Part shown: piece after piece, positions 39,201 through 48,139 of the stretch
How the letters are laid out: each line of letters starts with the position of its first letter
Numbering within the stretch: the first letter of the stretch is position 1
Assembly (NCBI GenBank): GCA_023245935.1
Contig: JAHFJM010000001.1
Location: forward strand, 6,067-70,066
DNA: 64,000 nt
From: Candidatus Peribacteria bacterium
Lineage (GTDB): Bacteria; Patescibacteriota; Gracilibacteria; Peribacterales; Peribacteraceae
Direction: 5' to 3'
Translations under genes and position numbers: made by a program
The notes under the pieces: model-generated
Told to the model about the DNA's origin: nothing
The model's database searches: none
What the model saw: the letters and a program-made list of their open reading frames with translations, nothing else

Positions 39201-40278
39201 CAAGGGTTGCGAGAATGTAATCCTTCTCCGACTTCACGACATCCTTGAAGAGATCGATGATATCGCTGTCATTCTTGTATCCGAAGACTCTGAGGAGCTG
39301 GGTGACGGGAATCTTGCGCTTGCGATCGATCTTGCACGTGACAATGCCTCTGCGATCGGTCTCGATCTCCATCCAGACGCCGCGTTTCGGAATGATCTTC
39401 GCCGCATGGTGCTTGGGAAACTCCGTCATTGAAGAGAAGAACACGCCGGGAGACCTGACGAGCTGACTGACGACCACGCGCTCGATGCCGCCAACGACGA
39501 ACGTGCCGTTGTCAGTCATCAGCGGAATGCTGCCGAGGAATACATCCTGTTCCTTGATTTCTCCGGTCTCTTTGTTGATGAGCTGGACATGCGCTTTCAT
39601 CGCGGCCTCGTAGCTGAGGTTTCTGCGCTTGCAGGTGGCGGGATCGTACTTCGGTCGGTCGAATGTGTGACCGAGGAAGTTCAGTTCCATTTTCTTGCTG
39701 GAGAAGTCGGTGATCGGGCTCACTTCCTTCAGGAGCTCCGCAAGACCCTCCGTCAGGAACCAACGGTAACTGTGAATCTGTACTTCGATGAGGGATCGCA
39801 TCATCTCGATCGAGTCGTCCTTCGTGAGGAATACGCGCCCTCCAATCGTCATTCTCGGCTTCAAATCGGAACCGACATCTTTGAGGGACGGTGGCATGCG
39901 CTCGGAACTCGTGAGTTTGAACGATGTGTGCTGTGCGAGAATCGCCTCCTCAACATCGTAGGCATAGTCGCGCTTGCGAGCAGTCTTTTTAGACAGGAGC
40001 GGCTTCTTTGCTTCGGACACGAGCATCTTCGATGCAATCTTCGTCTGTCCCGGTTTGATCACCGCCTTCTGCATCTGCTTCTGGGGCTTACTTGTGATGT
40101 GTTTCGGCTGAGGAGCAGCGTGCTTCGCTTTCGCCACAACTTTCTTCTGCGCATGAACCGGCTTCTTCGCAGAAGCTTTCTTTGGAGCAATTTTCTTCGC
40201 GACCGGTTTTTTCTTCGGAGCCGGCTTTGGAGTTTTCTTCTTCGGAGCGGACTTCTTGGGTTTGGTTTTCTTCGCCAT
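36265..40278 (-). CDS. rpoB: DNA-directed RNA polymerase subunit beta with Lys/Ala/Pro-rich N-terminal extension
   Basis: SQLSQFMDQTNPL, GDKMAGRHGNKG and GQRFGEMEVWAL motifs. Start at MAKKTKP. Confidence 0.98.
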   Translation of the reverse strand: MAKKTKPKKSAPKKKTPKPAPKKKPVAKKIAPKKASAKKPVHAQKKVVAKAKHAAPQPKHITSKPQKQMQKAVIKPGQTKIASKMLVSEAKKPLLSKKTARKRDYAYDVEEAILAQHTSFKLTSSERMPPSLKDVGSDLKPRMTIGGRVFLTKDDSIEMMRSLIEVQIHSYRWFLTEGLAELLKEVSPITDFSSKKMELNFLGHTFDRPKYDPATCKRRNLSYEAAMKAHVQLINKETGEIKEQDVFLGSIPLMTDNGTFVVGGIERVVVSQLVRSPGVFFSSMTEFPKHHAAKIIPKRGVWMEIETDRRGIVTCKIDRKRKIPVTQLLRVFGYKNDSDIIDLFKDVVKSEKDYILATLEKDSIRTVDEAYQSIYRKIRPGDLATAENAKSLIDALFFDFKKYDMGNIARYKLNRRFGFTTPNDEAHRVFQVSDFVEILKELVRLNNGEGTPDDIDHLSNRRVRSVGELVQNKYRVGLMRTERIMKDRMTVMDLETITPTQLINCRPITAALREFFASSQLSQFMDQTNPLSELAHKRRLSAMGPGGLSRERASFDVRDVHPSHYGRICPIATPEGPNIGLVVHLASYAKVNEYGFLETPYYEVKHSVKPDADALVGRMIDVTVRDGHKVLAKEGDTIDTKQLASKVISLLKSQDLKDIPVRAFIVPKEIYIDADRERHLTIAEANSKINGLNELLATRVHARKKGEPVLAHVRDVTHSDISPKQILSVSTSLIPFLEHDDNTRASMGTNMQRQAVPLIKPHAPLVGTGMESVAARASGHVLLAQEDGEVLTVDAREIVLLYHSGRKVTHPLDNFARSNQGTCFHMRPRIESGQKVRAGEVLADGSAVEGGELALGQNLLVAYMSWGGYNFEDAIIISDRIVEQGHFDSIHIESYITDVRDTKLGSETVTRDIPNVGEGKLKDLDVDGIVRIGATVHEGDILVGKITPKGETELTPEERILQAIFGDKAKDVKDSSLRLPGGAGGKVVDVHIFDRSEGDELPTGVIKQIKVFVAQTRKIQVGDKMAGRHGNKGVVARIVAKEDMPFLADGRYVDIILNPLGVSSRMNIGQILETHLGWAAQVLGFKIATPALNGISTDQILQFLKLAKLPDTGKIQLFDGRTGEPFAHETTIGQVYMLKLLHLVEDKIHARSVGPYSLVTQQPLGGKAQHGGQRFGEMEVWALEAYGAAHTLQEMLTIKSDDVVGRSKAYESIVKGETIKKPSTPESFNVLVKELQALGLKVDLLKFADEVPAEAPVVQLAEGEAEVVKLKTRFDEEQETEELIPSTDKISDLNLDEEDPDEIKKGIEEGDIEAETAKDEMKEAVESDDDEVEAKKK

Positions 40279-40521
40279 AGGGGGAGGGTTAAGGATGAGG
40301 GCTAGGGTTGGGACACAACAAAACACCGCGCAATCATCCCAAACAGACAAAAGGGAAGACTGCACAGCTCTCAAAACACAATCGGAAGCCGCTGTGACGA
40401 AAGGATCTTATTGAGCTTTTCGCTCAATTGAAAGCGAAGATTCCATCGTGTGCTTTGTGTTCTATTGATAAATTACAATAAATATTGTATAATATACATA
40501 TTATTATTTACAATACAATAT

Positions 40522-40788
40522 ATGAGTCATCTACAAGGACCACATTTTTCTACCGCTGAGTTTGAAGCAATCCCCGAGCTAGAGGCTCAACTTCTTCAGC
40601 AGAGTCCAAATCTCAGAGAAGCTGTCGAGTTCAAGGCAGGCTTCCTCGATCAGAACGAATATCTTGAATGGCTCATGGGAGAAGTGACTCACAGAGTCTA
40701 CAAAGTTACGAACCACAGCTCTCCGCGCAGAGAAAGAGGCAGTGGAGGTCGGAAGGCAGGTGCGCATAGCGAGGGAAAGCATCGCTAG
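40522..40788 (+). CDS. Small hypothetical protein (88 aa)
   Basis: MSHLQGPHF... follows an AT-rich promoter region. Confidence 0.55.
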   Translation: MSHLQGPHFSTAEFEAIPELEAQLLQQSPNLREAVEFKAGFLDQNEYLEWLMGEVTHRVYKVTNHSSPRRERGSGGRKAGAHSEGKHR

Positions 40789-40799
40789 AAGCACGCTCT

Positions 40800-41411
40800 C
40801 TACGCACACGCATCGATGTACCGCTGTTCGACTTCTTTCCAGTTCACAACGTTCCAGAATGCTTTCACGTAGTCCGGGCGCCGGTTTTGATAATTCAAAT
40901 AGTACGCATGCTCCCAGACATCGAGCCCGAGAATTGGTGTCTTGCCCTCGGTGACGGGGTTATCCTGATTGGGTGTGCTTTGAATGGAGAGATGTTTTCC
41001 GTCAACGACAAGCCATGCCCAGCCGGAACCAAAACGTGATGCTGCTGCGGCGGCAAACTGTTCCTTGAATGCATCGACACTGCCGAAGGTTTTCTTGATG
41101 GCTTCCAACAATGCGCCTTGAGGCTCAGTACCATTTGCCGGAGCGAGTATCTGCCAGAAGAACGAGTGATTCAGATGTCCGCCTCCGTGATTGCGAACAG
41201 CGCCGCGTATGTCCTCGGGGATCATCTCCAGATCGGCAACGAGTTCTTCCACTGACTTCTCGTGAAGTTCCGGATGCTTATCCAAAGCTTTGTTCAGGTT
41301 ATCGATGTATGCCTGATGATGCTTCGTGAAGTGAATCTCCATCGTCTTGGCATCGATATGCGGCTCAAGAGCGGTGAAGGCGTAGGGGAGTGTCGGAAGA
41401 GCGTGAGCCAT
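40800..41411 (-). CDS. sodA: Superoxide dismutase (Mn-type signature)
   Basis: [22 protein letters not shown] and DVWEHAYY motifs. Confidence 0.95.
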   Translation of the reverse strand: MAHALPTLPYAFTALEPHIDAKTMEIHFTKHHQAYIDNLNKALDKHPELHEKSVEELVADLEMIPEDIRGAVRNHGGGHLNHSFFWQILAPANGTEPQGALLEAIKKTFGSVDAFKEQFAAAAASRFGSGWAWLVVDGKHLSIQSTPNQDNPVTEGKTPILGLDVWEHAYYLNYQNRRPDYVKAFWNVVNWKEVEQRYIDACA

Positions 41412-41445
41412 GATTTTTTTGGTGGAAATTATTTGGAGTATAGCA

Positions 41446-41878
41446 GCTTTGAGCTATGAGTTATGAGCTATGAGCTTTAAGATTTTCATGATGCGGGTAC
41501 GAACACTCACCAGCGGCGAAGATCTAAGACGATACAGCGAGTGGGTTCTTACGCATCCGCAGGGAAACCTGTGGCAATCGCTCGAGTGGAAACGGTATCA
41601 GGAAAGCCTCGGTCGATTAGTGAAGATCTATGTTACAGAAGAAGCAGAACACATCACCGCATCGGCAATGGTTATGATTGACCGTACTGTTTTCGGACTC
41701 AGTACATGGGATATTCCGAGAGGACCACTTTCCAGCTATGAGCTATTAGCTATGAGTGATGAGAAAAAGATACTATTCCTCGAATATATCTTCCAAGAAG
41801 CAAAGAAAGACCGATGCTTTGCTCTCTATCTCTCTCCGCCTCCCTCACTCAAAGCTCAAAGCTCAAAGCTCAAAGCTT
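41446..41878. repeat. Three tracts of the GAGCTAT/AAAGCTC heptamer at the start of and within the FemABX gene
   Basis: Tracts at 41446-41478, 41734-41762 and (inverted) 41848-41877. Confidence 0.8.
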
Positions 41879-42498
41879 CGCCACGCTGCGAACAACTGGA
41901 ATCAACGATCGTCATCGACGTGAGCCAATCGGAAGACTCTATTCTGACTCAAATGCATCAAAAGGCTCGATATAACATCAAAACTGCGCGAAGACACGGC
42001 GTGGCTGTCTCAGAGCACACTGGAGATGATCAAAAAGCACTGGATTCGCTTTATACGCTGCTAACGCAGACCGCAGCTCGCGATGGCTTCACCCATCTAC
42101 CGAAGTCGCATTACGAGGCATTTCTGAAGCATCTCGAAGGAAGTTTTTTCCTGATGGCTTGGCACAACCAAAAACCTGTCGCCGGACTACTGGGAGTTAT
42201 GTGGAAGGATCTTGGTTTCTACTACTACGGCGCATCGTCCTATGAGCATCGGCAGCTCATGGCTCCGTACCTGCTCCAGTGGGAAGCGATGTTGCACTGC
42301 AAAAAAGCGGGATGTACCCGCTATGACTTGCTCGGAATTGCTCCGGAGGGAACCGGTAGCGATAACCCGTGGGCGGGAATCACTGAATTCAAGCGCAAAT
42401 TTGGCGGGACGATTGTGAACTATCCGCAAGAACAGATGATCGTACTGAAGCCGATGACGAAGAAGCTGCTGGAGTGGAAGAGGAAGGTGGTTGACTGA
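41470..42498 (+). CDS. FemABX/MurM-family peptidoglycan interpeptide bridge aminoacyltransferase
   Basis: QSLEW, IPRGP, KARYNIK, YYYGAS, YLLQW and FKRKFGG motifs. Confidence 0.92.
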   Translation: MSFKIFMMRVRTLTSGEDLRRYSEWVLTHPQGNLWQSLEWKRYQESLGRLVKIYVTEEAEHITASAMVMIDRTVFGLSTWDIPRGPLSSYELLAMSDEKKILFLEYIFQEAKKDRCFALYLSPPPSLKAQSSKLKASPRCEQLESTIVIDVSQSEDSILTQMHQKARYNIKTARRHGVAVSEHTGDDQKALDSLYTLLTQTAARDGFTHLPKSHYEAFLKHLEGSFFLMAWHNQKPVAGLLGVMWKDLGFYYYGASSYEHRQLMAPYLLQWEAMLHCKKAGCTRYDLLGIAPEGTGSDNPWAGITEFKRKFGGTIVNYPQEQMIVLKPMTKKLLEWKRKVVD

Positions 42499-42510
42499 GC
42501 CACTAACGGT

Positions 42511-42626
42511 CCTCACCCCCGTCCCCTCTCCAACGGCCAGAGAGGGGTGACTCGTGCTTTTCTTAAAACAAATCTTCCTCTCTTCGCCACAGCGGAGAGA
42601 GGTGGCTCCGCAGAGCCGGAGTGAGG
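42511..42626. repeat. REP/MITE-like element with cctcac...gtgagg termini and two internal hairpins
   Basis: Same architecture as 63081-63207. Confidence 0.7.
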
Positions 42627-42639
42627 ATTGCTGTATACC

Positions 42640-42669
42640 AAAAAGACCTCCCATTTCTGGGAGGTCTTG
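42640..42669 (-). terminator. Intrinsic terminator of the S-layer gene
   Basis: aagacctccca/tgggaggtctt stem with a T-run on the minus strand. Confidence 0.8.
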
Positions 42670-42705
42670 TGGTTTCGGATGCGACCGAAAGGAGATCAAG
42701 CGAAA

Positions 42706-45700
42706 CTAGCCGTTGTAGCTGGTTCCGTTGATGCTCGTGTCCGGATACTCAACCCACTTGAGGATCGTCGTCGTGCTGTTGTCCTTGTCGAGCCACGAGA
42801 TGTGGGAATCGGCAGAAGTAAAGGCACTCGAGAGAGGATCCGTGAAGCCCTGGAGCGAGACCTGGAGGGTCGACGTCGAGGAGTTGCTGATCTTGCCGTT
42901 TGTCACGTTCGCCTCAAGGACGAAGGTGGCATCGGAACCCGGATCAATTTCCGTGTTCACCACGGACTGAGTCGGGATCGCGGCACAAGTGATGATCAAG
43001 CTGGAACCGGAAGCGGTTGCAACGTTGGCGGTGCAGGGGCTCTTTGCCGACTGGTCAGCCTTGTTGTAGATCTTGAACTCAGTCGATGTGCGGGCAGCCT
43101 GGCTCGTGCCGGCTGTACCGAGCATCACGTTCGTGGCATTGACGTTGAAGATCACACCGGAGAGCGTGAACTTGTTCGTGCCGTTCTTCAGGTTGTTTGC
43201 GGCAGCCGTGGAGAACTTGAACTGAGCGATCTGGCGCTGTGTTCCGGTCGGAACAGCAGTGCCGTTGGCATTCGGATCAGCATTCGTGATCGACGTGATC
43301 TTCGCGAGCACAACGTTGTTGACGTTGGACTTGATGATCGTGTTCGAAGCAGCGGAGCTGACACCGATGAATACCTCACCCGCAGCGGTGCTATTGCCAT
43401 CGTTTCCACTCAAGTTATTGCTCGAGAGTGCACCGCGTGCGCGGACGGAGCCCGTCGCAGTGGTACCCGGTCGATCAAGCTTGAGAGCGATACCGGTGCC
43501 GGAGATGGCACCATCGACGTCCGTGCGCATTCTCGGACGGATCAAGATGTTCGTGTTGCTTCCTTTCGGAACAATGAACTCCTGATTCTTCATCTTGGCA
43601 CACATGGACTCGGCGAGGACGGCGTCTGTTCCGCAACCCGCTGGGGTGGCGATTGCAAACGGAGTCGTGGCACCGACCTTGTAGAGCTCAAGACGGTCGA
43701 CGTTCTTCGCGAGCGTACCGGTCGTGACTCCGCCGGAACCCGTGAAGACGAGGTCTGTCACGTCGATGTCCTCATACTCAGAGTGGAACTGCAAGCGGAG
43801 GATTTCATCGGCGAGCGTACCGCCAAGGAGCTGGCGAGAACGGACCGGCGTCGAAGACTTGGTGACGTACAGATCACCCTGAGAGCGCAGCGTGTAAAGA
43901 GTTGCGTACTGCGTCTGAACCTGGATCTCAGCCGTGGAACCACCGTTGGTGAAGCTGCTGTTTGTGGAAACAGCCGTACCAGCCGGGTTCTTTGCCTGGA
44001 TACCGGAGAGTGAACTGCCATCGTTGACTTGCTCTGCCTGGATAAACGTCGCACCCGTGTCGAAGCGAATCGACAGGATCGGAGTTGTTCCGGAGAGAGA
44101 AGCCGAGATGTCAGAGTGAATTTCGAAGATGATCGACTTCTGCTTCGGAATGACGTATCCGCCACCCGTCAGCTTGTCGAACGTGAGCTGGCTGCTCTGA
44201 GAAGAAACACCTTTCTGGAGGATCGTGTCGACGACACCGTCGTCGTTCGTGTCGACCCAGAGAGTGTAGTTCTGACCATTCACCAGGCTGGAGCTCGATG
44301 CTGCAGCGAAGATGAGGTTGGTGACCAGAATGTCTGCTGCTTCGGAAGCGCGACCCTCAAAGCGGAAGAGGTTCACGTTCTTGGCGTTCGAGACAGTCGT
44401 GTCCGTGAGAGCCGTGACCTTACCAGTGACGGTGAGGCCTGCGGTCTTGATCTCCTGGAAGTTACCCGTGATGGTTCCACCTGGGCGGAAGTCACCGACG
44501 CGGTCATTCGTGGAGAGACCCTTGATCTTCATCTGGTAGGACGTAACGGTGGAAGCAAAGAAGCCACCCATCGTACAACCGGTCGTGTTTGCGACGAGAT
44601 CATTCGACGTGTTGAGCTTGTGCGTTGCCTCTCCACAGATGTGGATGCGGAACTTGTCACCGTTGCCCGGAGCAGCGAGAGAGCTGATACCGGAGTTGTC
44701 GATGAAGTTGACGCGGAATTCGTACTTCTGCTTGCCCGTGACCGTGAAGTCATCGAAGCGGTAGACCTGGAAAGCACCGGAACCGGAGACACCCGTAGCG
44801 TCCGTACCGAAATCGGAGGACGTCGTCAGGCGGACACCGGAGATGGTGCGACCGGAGGTCGTGTTTCTGAGTTCGACTTTCTCGAGTGCCTCATTGATGG
44901 CATCGCCTGCAGCCGGAGCTGCACGACCAACGACGAAAGCAGCACCTGTGGAAGTCGTTCCCTGCACGAGGATGAAGAGGTTTTCGACATCGATATCCTC
45001 ACCACCCGTCTCGAACCAGACGTTCGCGATCACAGCGTTCTTGTCCTTCCTCGTGAACTGCTGCGTGACCGGACCGTCGATACTGATCGTGAATTGACCT
45101 GCATCGATCGTGACCGTACCCGGGAGGGTAGAGGTCTCCGTCGGAAGGGTGATCGATGAGCCGTAGAGCTGACCGTTCACACCGTATCCGTAGAGAGAAC
45201 CGACAGCGAAGATGTCGCCCGTCTCATCAAAGTGAATCTTGATGTTCTTGGCGGCACCTCCTGCAATATCGGAGACAACGTTCATCGTGATCCTGTCACC
45301 CTCGAGCACCGTGAACGGTGGGTCGAAGACGAGCGTGGCGTAGTCACCAACCGTCGAAGTGACAGTCTTCGTGAGTACGGTTCCGTCGGAACGGCGGATT
45401 GCGATGTTCGTGTAATCACCGTCTCCAGCCGTTCCATCATTCTGGATCGTCATGGAGTAGATGGTCTGATCTTCGGCAGCGTCGAGCGAAAGCTCCCACT
45501 TGCCGATGGTTGCACCCTTGTCACCGACTTTAATATTCGTCGGAGTGACGGAGCGGTAAGCAATCGTCACAACACCGGAGGACACGGCAGCCACGCGGAA
45601 GGCCTTACCCTTGAGAGGGAAGTTGCCTGTCACTGCTTTGGCATTGCTGGAGAAGTCCGTCGGGAGTTCGACAGTCAGAGAGTGCTCACTGGAGACCGTT

Positions 45701-46992
45701 GCGGTCGTCGTGAGGTCACCCGCGAGCTGGATCGTCACCGTCTTGCCGGACTTGACAACGAGCGGCTTGGTGAAGCGGAGCGTCGCGGTGTAGCTCTGAG
45801 AGTCGATCGTGCGCTTGCGGGTCACGCGAGCACCGTCAACAACGGCGTAGACACCGGAGAAATCGTCGCTACTACCGAAGCCTTCATGCAGAACCGTGAG
45901 GTTCTCAAGAACGACGTCATCGCTCGTGGCGGTGAGGTCGATGCTCGTGAAGACAACGCCCTGAGCTCCCTTCGGGATCGTGTCACCGACCGGGTTCTTG
46001 GCGGACAAGGTAGCCTCGAGGTTTCCGTTACCGAGAACGACAGAGGTGTACCCCGTGAATGTCTGGGAACTGGAGAATTTCTTACCGTCCGTCGTGAGCA
46101 TGTCAACGACAGTTGCGGTGTACGTGTGACCGGCGTCCAAAGCGGAAGTGAGAGTCACTTCGACTGTGTCCTTGCTGGTCAATTTGACAGAATCGACTGG
46201 GATCTCGGGCGAACCCGTGATCGTGTAGTGCGTCTTGTCCTTGGCTGCAGTCTCGTCGAGGGAAACGTTGAACGTGAGCTCAACGACCATAGCGGAGATT
46301 GCGGTTGCAGACTTGACCATTGGCGTAGAAACAGCGGATGTACCACAGTCCTTGCCGTAGGTCAGACCGAGATCCACGCGGTGCAACATGACCGTCATTT
46401 CTGCGCGGTTCATATTGTCGCTTGGACGAACGCGACCCGTGGAATCGTCACCCTGAAGGACACAGTGGTCTGCAGCGGTCTGAATGTCAGCCGTGTACCA
46501 CTTTCCTGCCGGGTTATCGACGAACTGGGCGGCAGCACCAGCAGACTCGAGACCGAAGGCGCGGACGATGATCGCCGCAGCTTCAGCACGGTTGATGTTG
46601 GCAGCCGGGCGGGCGTAGCAAGGGTGCTTGCCGTAGCAAGAACCGTCACCGCGAACCCAACCCTCTTTACCGGCCTCCTCGAAGTACTTGTAGTACCAGG
46701 CGCCGGTGGCGACGTCATCGAAGCTCGGCGTTGCCGGAGCTGTATTGATGACACCACCATTCAGCTCGACGACGAGCTTGATGAACTCTGCGCGGTTCGC
46801 GTTATCCGTACCGCGGAACTTTGTCTGTGCGGCATCGAGGTAGCCGGCGTCAACGAACGCCTTGACTGCACCCTCGTACCAAACGCCTGCGGGGACATCG
46901 GAGTAAGCAGCCAATGCCGTCGCAACTTGCGACAACATGATGGCAGCAGCCGACACGCCTGCGAACGTTTTCTTCAAAGAAGAAATGTTCAT
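42706..46992 (-). CDS. S-layer protein with N-terminal SLH domains and Ig-like beta-rich repeats
   Basis: Signal peptide, three SLH repeats (YSDV..W, NRAEF, NRAEA, NRAEM), Thr/Ser/Gly/Val-rich body and strong codon bias. Confidence 0.9.
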   Translation of the reverse strand: MNISSLKKTFAGVSAAAIMLSQVATALAAYSDVPAGVWYEGAVKAFVDAGYLDAAQTKFRGTDNANRAEFIKLVVELNGGVINTAPATPSFDDVATGAWYYKYFEEAGKEGWVRGDGSCYGKHPCYARPAANINRAEAAAIIVRAFGLESAGAAAQFVDNPAGKWYTADIQTAADHCVLQGDDSTGRVRPSDNMNRAEMTVMLHRVDLGLTYGKDCGTSAVSTPMVKSATAISAMVVELTFNVSLDETAAKDKTHYTITGSPEIPVDSVKLTSKDTVEVTLTSALDAGHTYTATVVDMLTTDGKKFSSSQTFTGYTSVVLGNGNLEATLSAKNPVGDTIPKGAQGVVFTSIDLTATSDDVVLENLTVLHEGFGSSDDFSGVYAVVDGARVTRKRTIDSQSYTATLRFTKPLVVKSGKTVTIQLAGDLTTTATVSSEHSLTVELPTDFSSNAKAVTGNFPLKGKAFRVAAVSSGVVTIAYRSVTPTNIKVGDKGATIGKWELSLDAAEDQTIYSMTIQNDGTAGDGDYTNIAIRRSDGTVLTKTVTSTVGDYATLVFDPPFTVLEGDRITMNVVSDIAGGAAKNIKIHFDETGDIFAVGSLYGYGVNGQLYGSSITLPTETSTLPGTVTIDAGQFTISIDGPVTQQFTRKDKNAVIANVWFETGGEDIDVENLFILVQGTTSTGAAFVVGRAAPAAGDAINEALEKVELRNTTSGRTISGVRLTTSSDFGTDATGVSGSGAFQVYRFDDFTVTGKQKYEFRVNFIDNSGISSLAAPGNGDKFRIHICGEATHKLNTSNDLVANTTGCTMGGFFASTVTSYQMKIKGLSTNDRVGDFRPGGTITGNFQEIKTAGLTVTGKVTALTDTTVSNAKNVNLFRFEGRASEAADILVTNLIFAAASSSSLVNGQNYTLWVDTNDDGVVDTILQKGVSSQSSQLTFDKLTGGGYVIPKQKSIIFEIHSDISASLSGTTPILSIRFDTGATFIQAEQVNDGSSLSGIQAKNPAGTAVSTNSSFTNGGSTAEIQVQTQYATLYTLRSQGDLYVTKSSTPVRSRQLLGGTLADEILRLQFHSEYEDIDVTDLVFTGSGGVTTGTLAKNVDRLELYKVGATTPFAIATPAGCGTDAVLAESMCAKMKNQEFIVPKGSNTNILIRPRMRTDVDGAISGTGIALKLDRPGTTATGSVRARGALSSNNLSGNDGNSTAAGEVFIGVSSAASNTIIKSNVNNVVLAKITSITNADPNANGTAVPTGTQRQIAQFKFSTAAANNLKNGTNKFTLSGVIFNVNATNVMLGTAGTSQAARTSTEFKIYNKADQSAKSPCTANVATASGSSLIITCAAIPTQSVVNTEIDPGSDATFVLEANVTNGKISNSSTSTLQVSLQGFTDPLSSAFTSADSHISWLDKDNSTTTILKWVEYPDTSINGTSYNG

Positions 46993-47795
46993 ATAAATAA
47001 GGTGTAGGAAGAAAAGAGAAATAAAAAGCAATGGAAATACCCCTAGAGCACGCCTTCGTTGGCATGCGGTTGTCGTCGTACTGATGGTCTTCCTTTCGTC
47101 CCTGCAAGCAGGGATACGGAAAACATCTCATTAACTATAAAGAGGATAGTCGAACCGACAACGCAGATAGTCACTCTCTAAGCACGATTCGCCCTCCTTA
47201 GAGTCTAAGGAGAAGCGTCTGTGAAACTCCGGAACATCCGCCTAAGGCGGAGTGGAGTGGCCGATACGTGAATGAGCGTGCACGGATACAGGCGCTTTCT
47301 GAAGCCTGATCGGGAAGATCCTACTGGCCAGAGCCCTGTTTAGGCAAGACCTGCAGGCTCTCCTGCGTGTACTTATGGAAACGCAGCTTTGCATGAATTG
47401 TTACAAGTTTCTTGGTGGCACTGTTAGGCTTATCTACGCCAAATATCCGCTGTAGACTGCGGAGAAAACGACGAAAGTGACGTACAAATTGGGCATGGCA
47501 GATTTCTGAATTGGATTGATCAAAGATAGTGTTCATGTTGTTTTTATAATTGCGTCTGTGAACGAACTGATTTGAATAGTGAAAAAAAGATAACTTCTTG
47601 ACAAGTTGAGTAGACTAGATCATGATCTTTTGGCTTACTGAAGCCAAAAGATTACTGTATAGCGAGAAAGCAAACAGACAGGGCATGTTTGAGAGCGATA
47701 CAGCGTTGAGGAGACTTCACTTCGGGGAATGTATCGTTTGCCGGCATGAACCGCGTATAAGCGAAAAGAATGAGAAGGCTGACAAATAGACATTA

Positions 47796-47830
47796 TTGCC
47801 CTTTCTTTTTGCGCGAAAAAGAAAGGGCAA
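47796..47830. repeat. Near-perfect inverted repeat ttgccctttcttttt...aaaaagaaagggcaa
   Basis: 15-bp arms in the long intergenic region. Confidence 0.75.
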
Positions 47831-48139
47831 AAGAAAACGCGTGCGCCAACTCCCGCCAGCAGTCCCCCACCTGTGGCGCACGCCTACCCTTTGGATGTTT
47901 CTATTTTTATAACTGACATGAAACCACGATTGCAGAATTACTTACATGAGCGTTTATATTCTGAAGAGAAAAGTACAGTTAGGAGGGTAATGGGGGTTTG
48001 GGGGAGATAGGGAATCCCCACAGGGGACTGCGCAGCAAGCCTTTCGCTGTGGCTCAAGTGCTTGCTGCTGGGAGCCGAACAAGGTTCCCTGCTCCCCCAA
48101 GAAAGGAATCGTAAACAACATCAATGATTAATCGAAGTT

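Noticed and set aside
36709-40305. Plus-strand ORFs opposite rpoB
   Set aside because: Antisense shadows.
42628-47007. Long plus-strand ORFs (461, 376 and 591 aa) opposite the S-layer gene
   Set aside because: Antisense shadows caused by strong codon bias. They show no protein-like motifs.
47080-47125. Possible hammerhead ribozyme or c-di-GMP riboswitch in the S-layer leader
   Set aside because: The CUGAUGA core and GEMM consensus are not correctly present.
47990-48102. Possible SRP, 6S or RNase P RNA
   Set aside because: No SRP domain IV or RNase P GAGGAAAGUCC motif found. Kept only as an unexplained structure.
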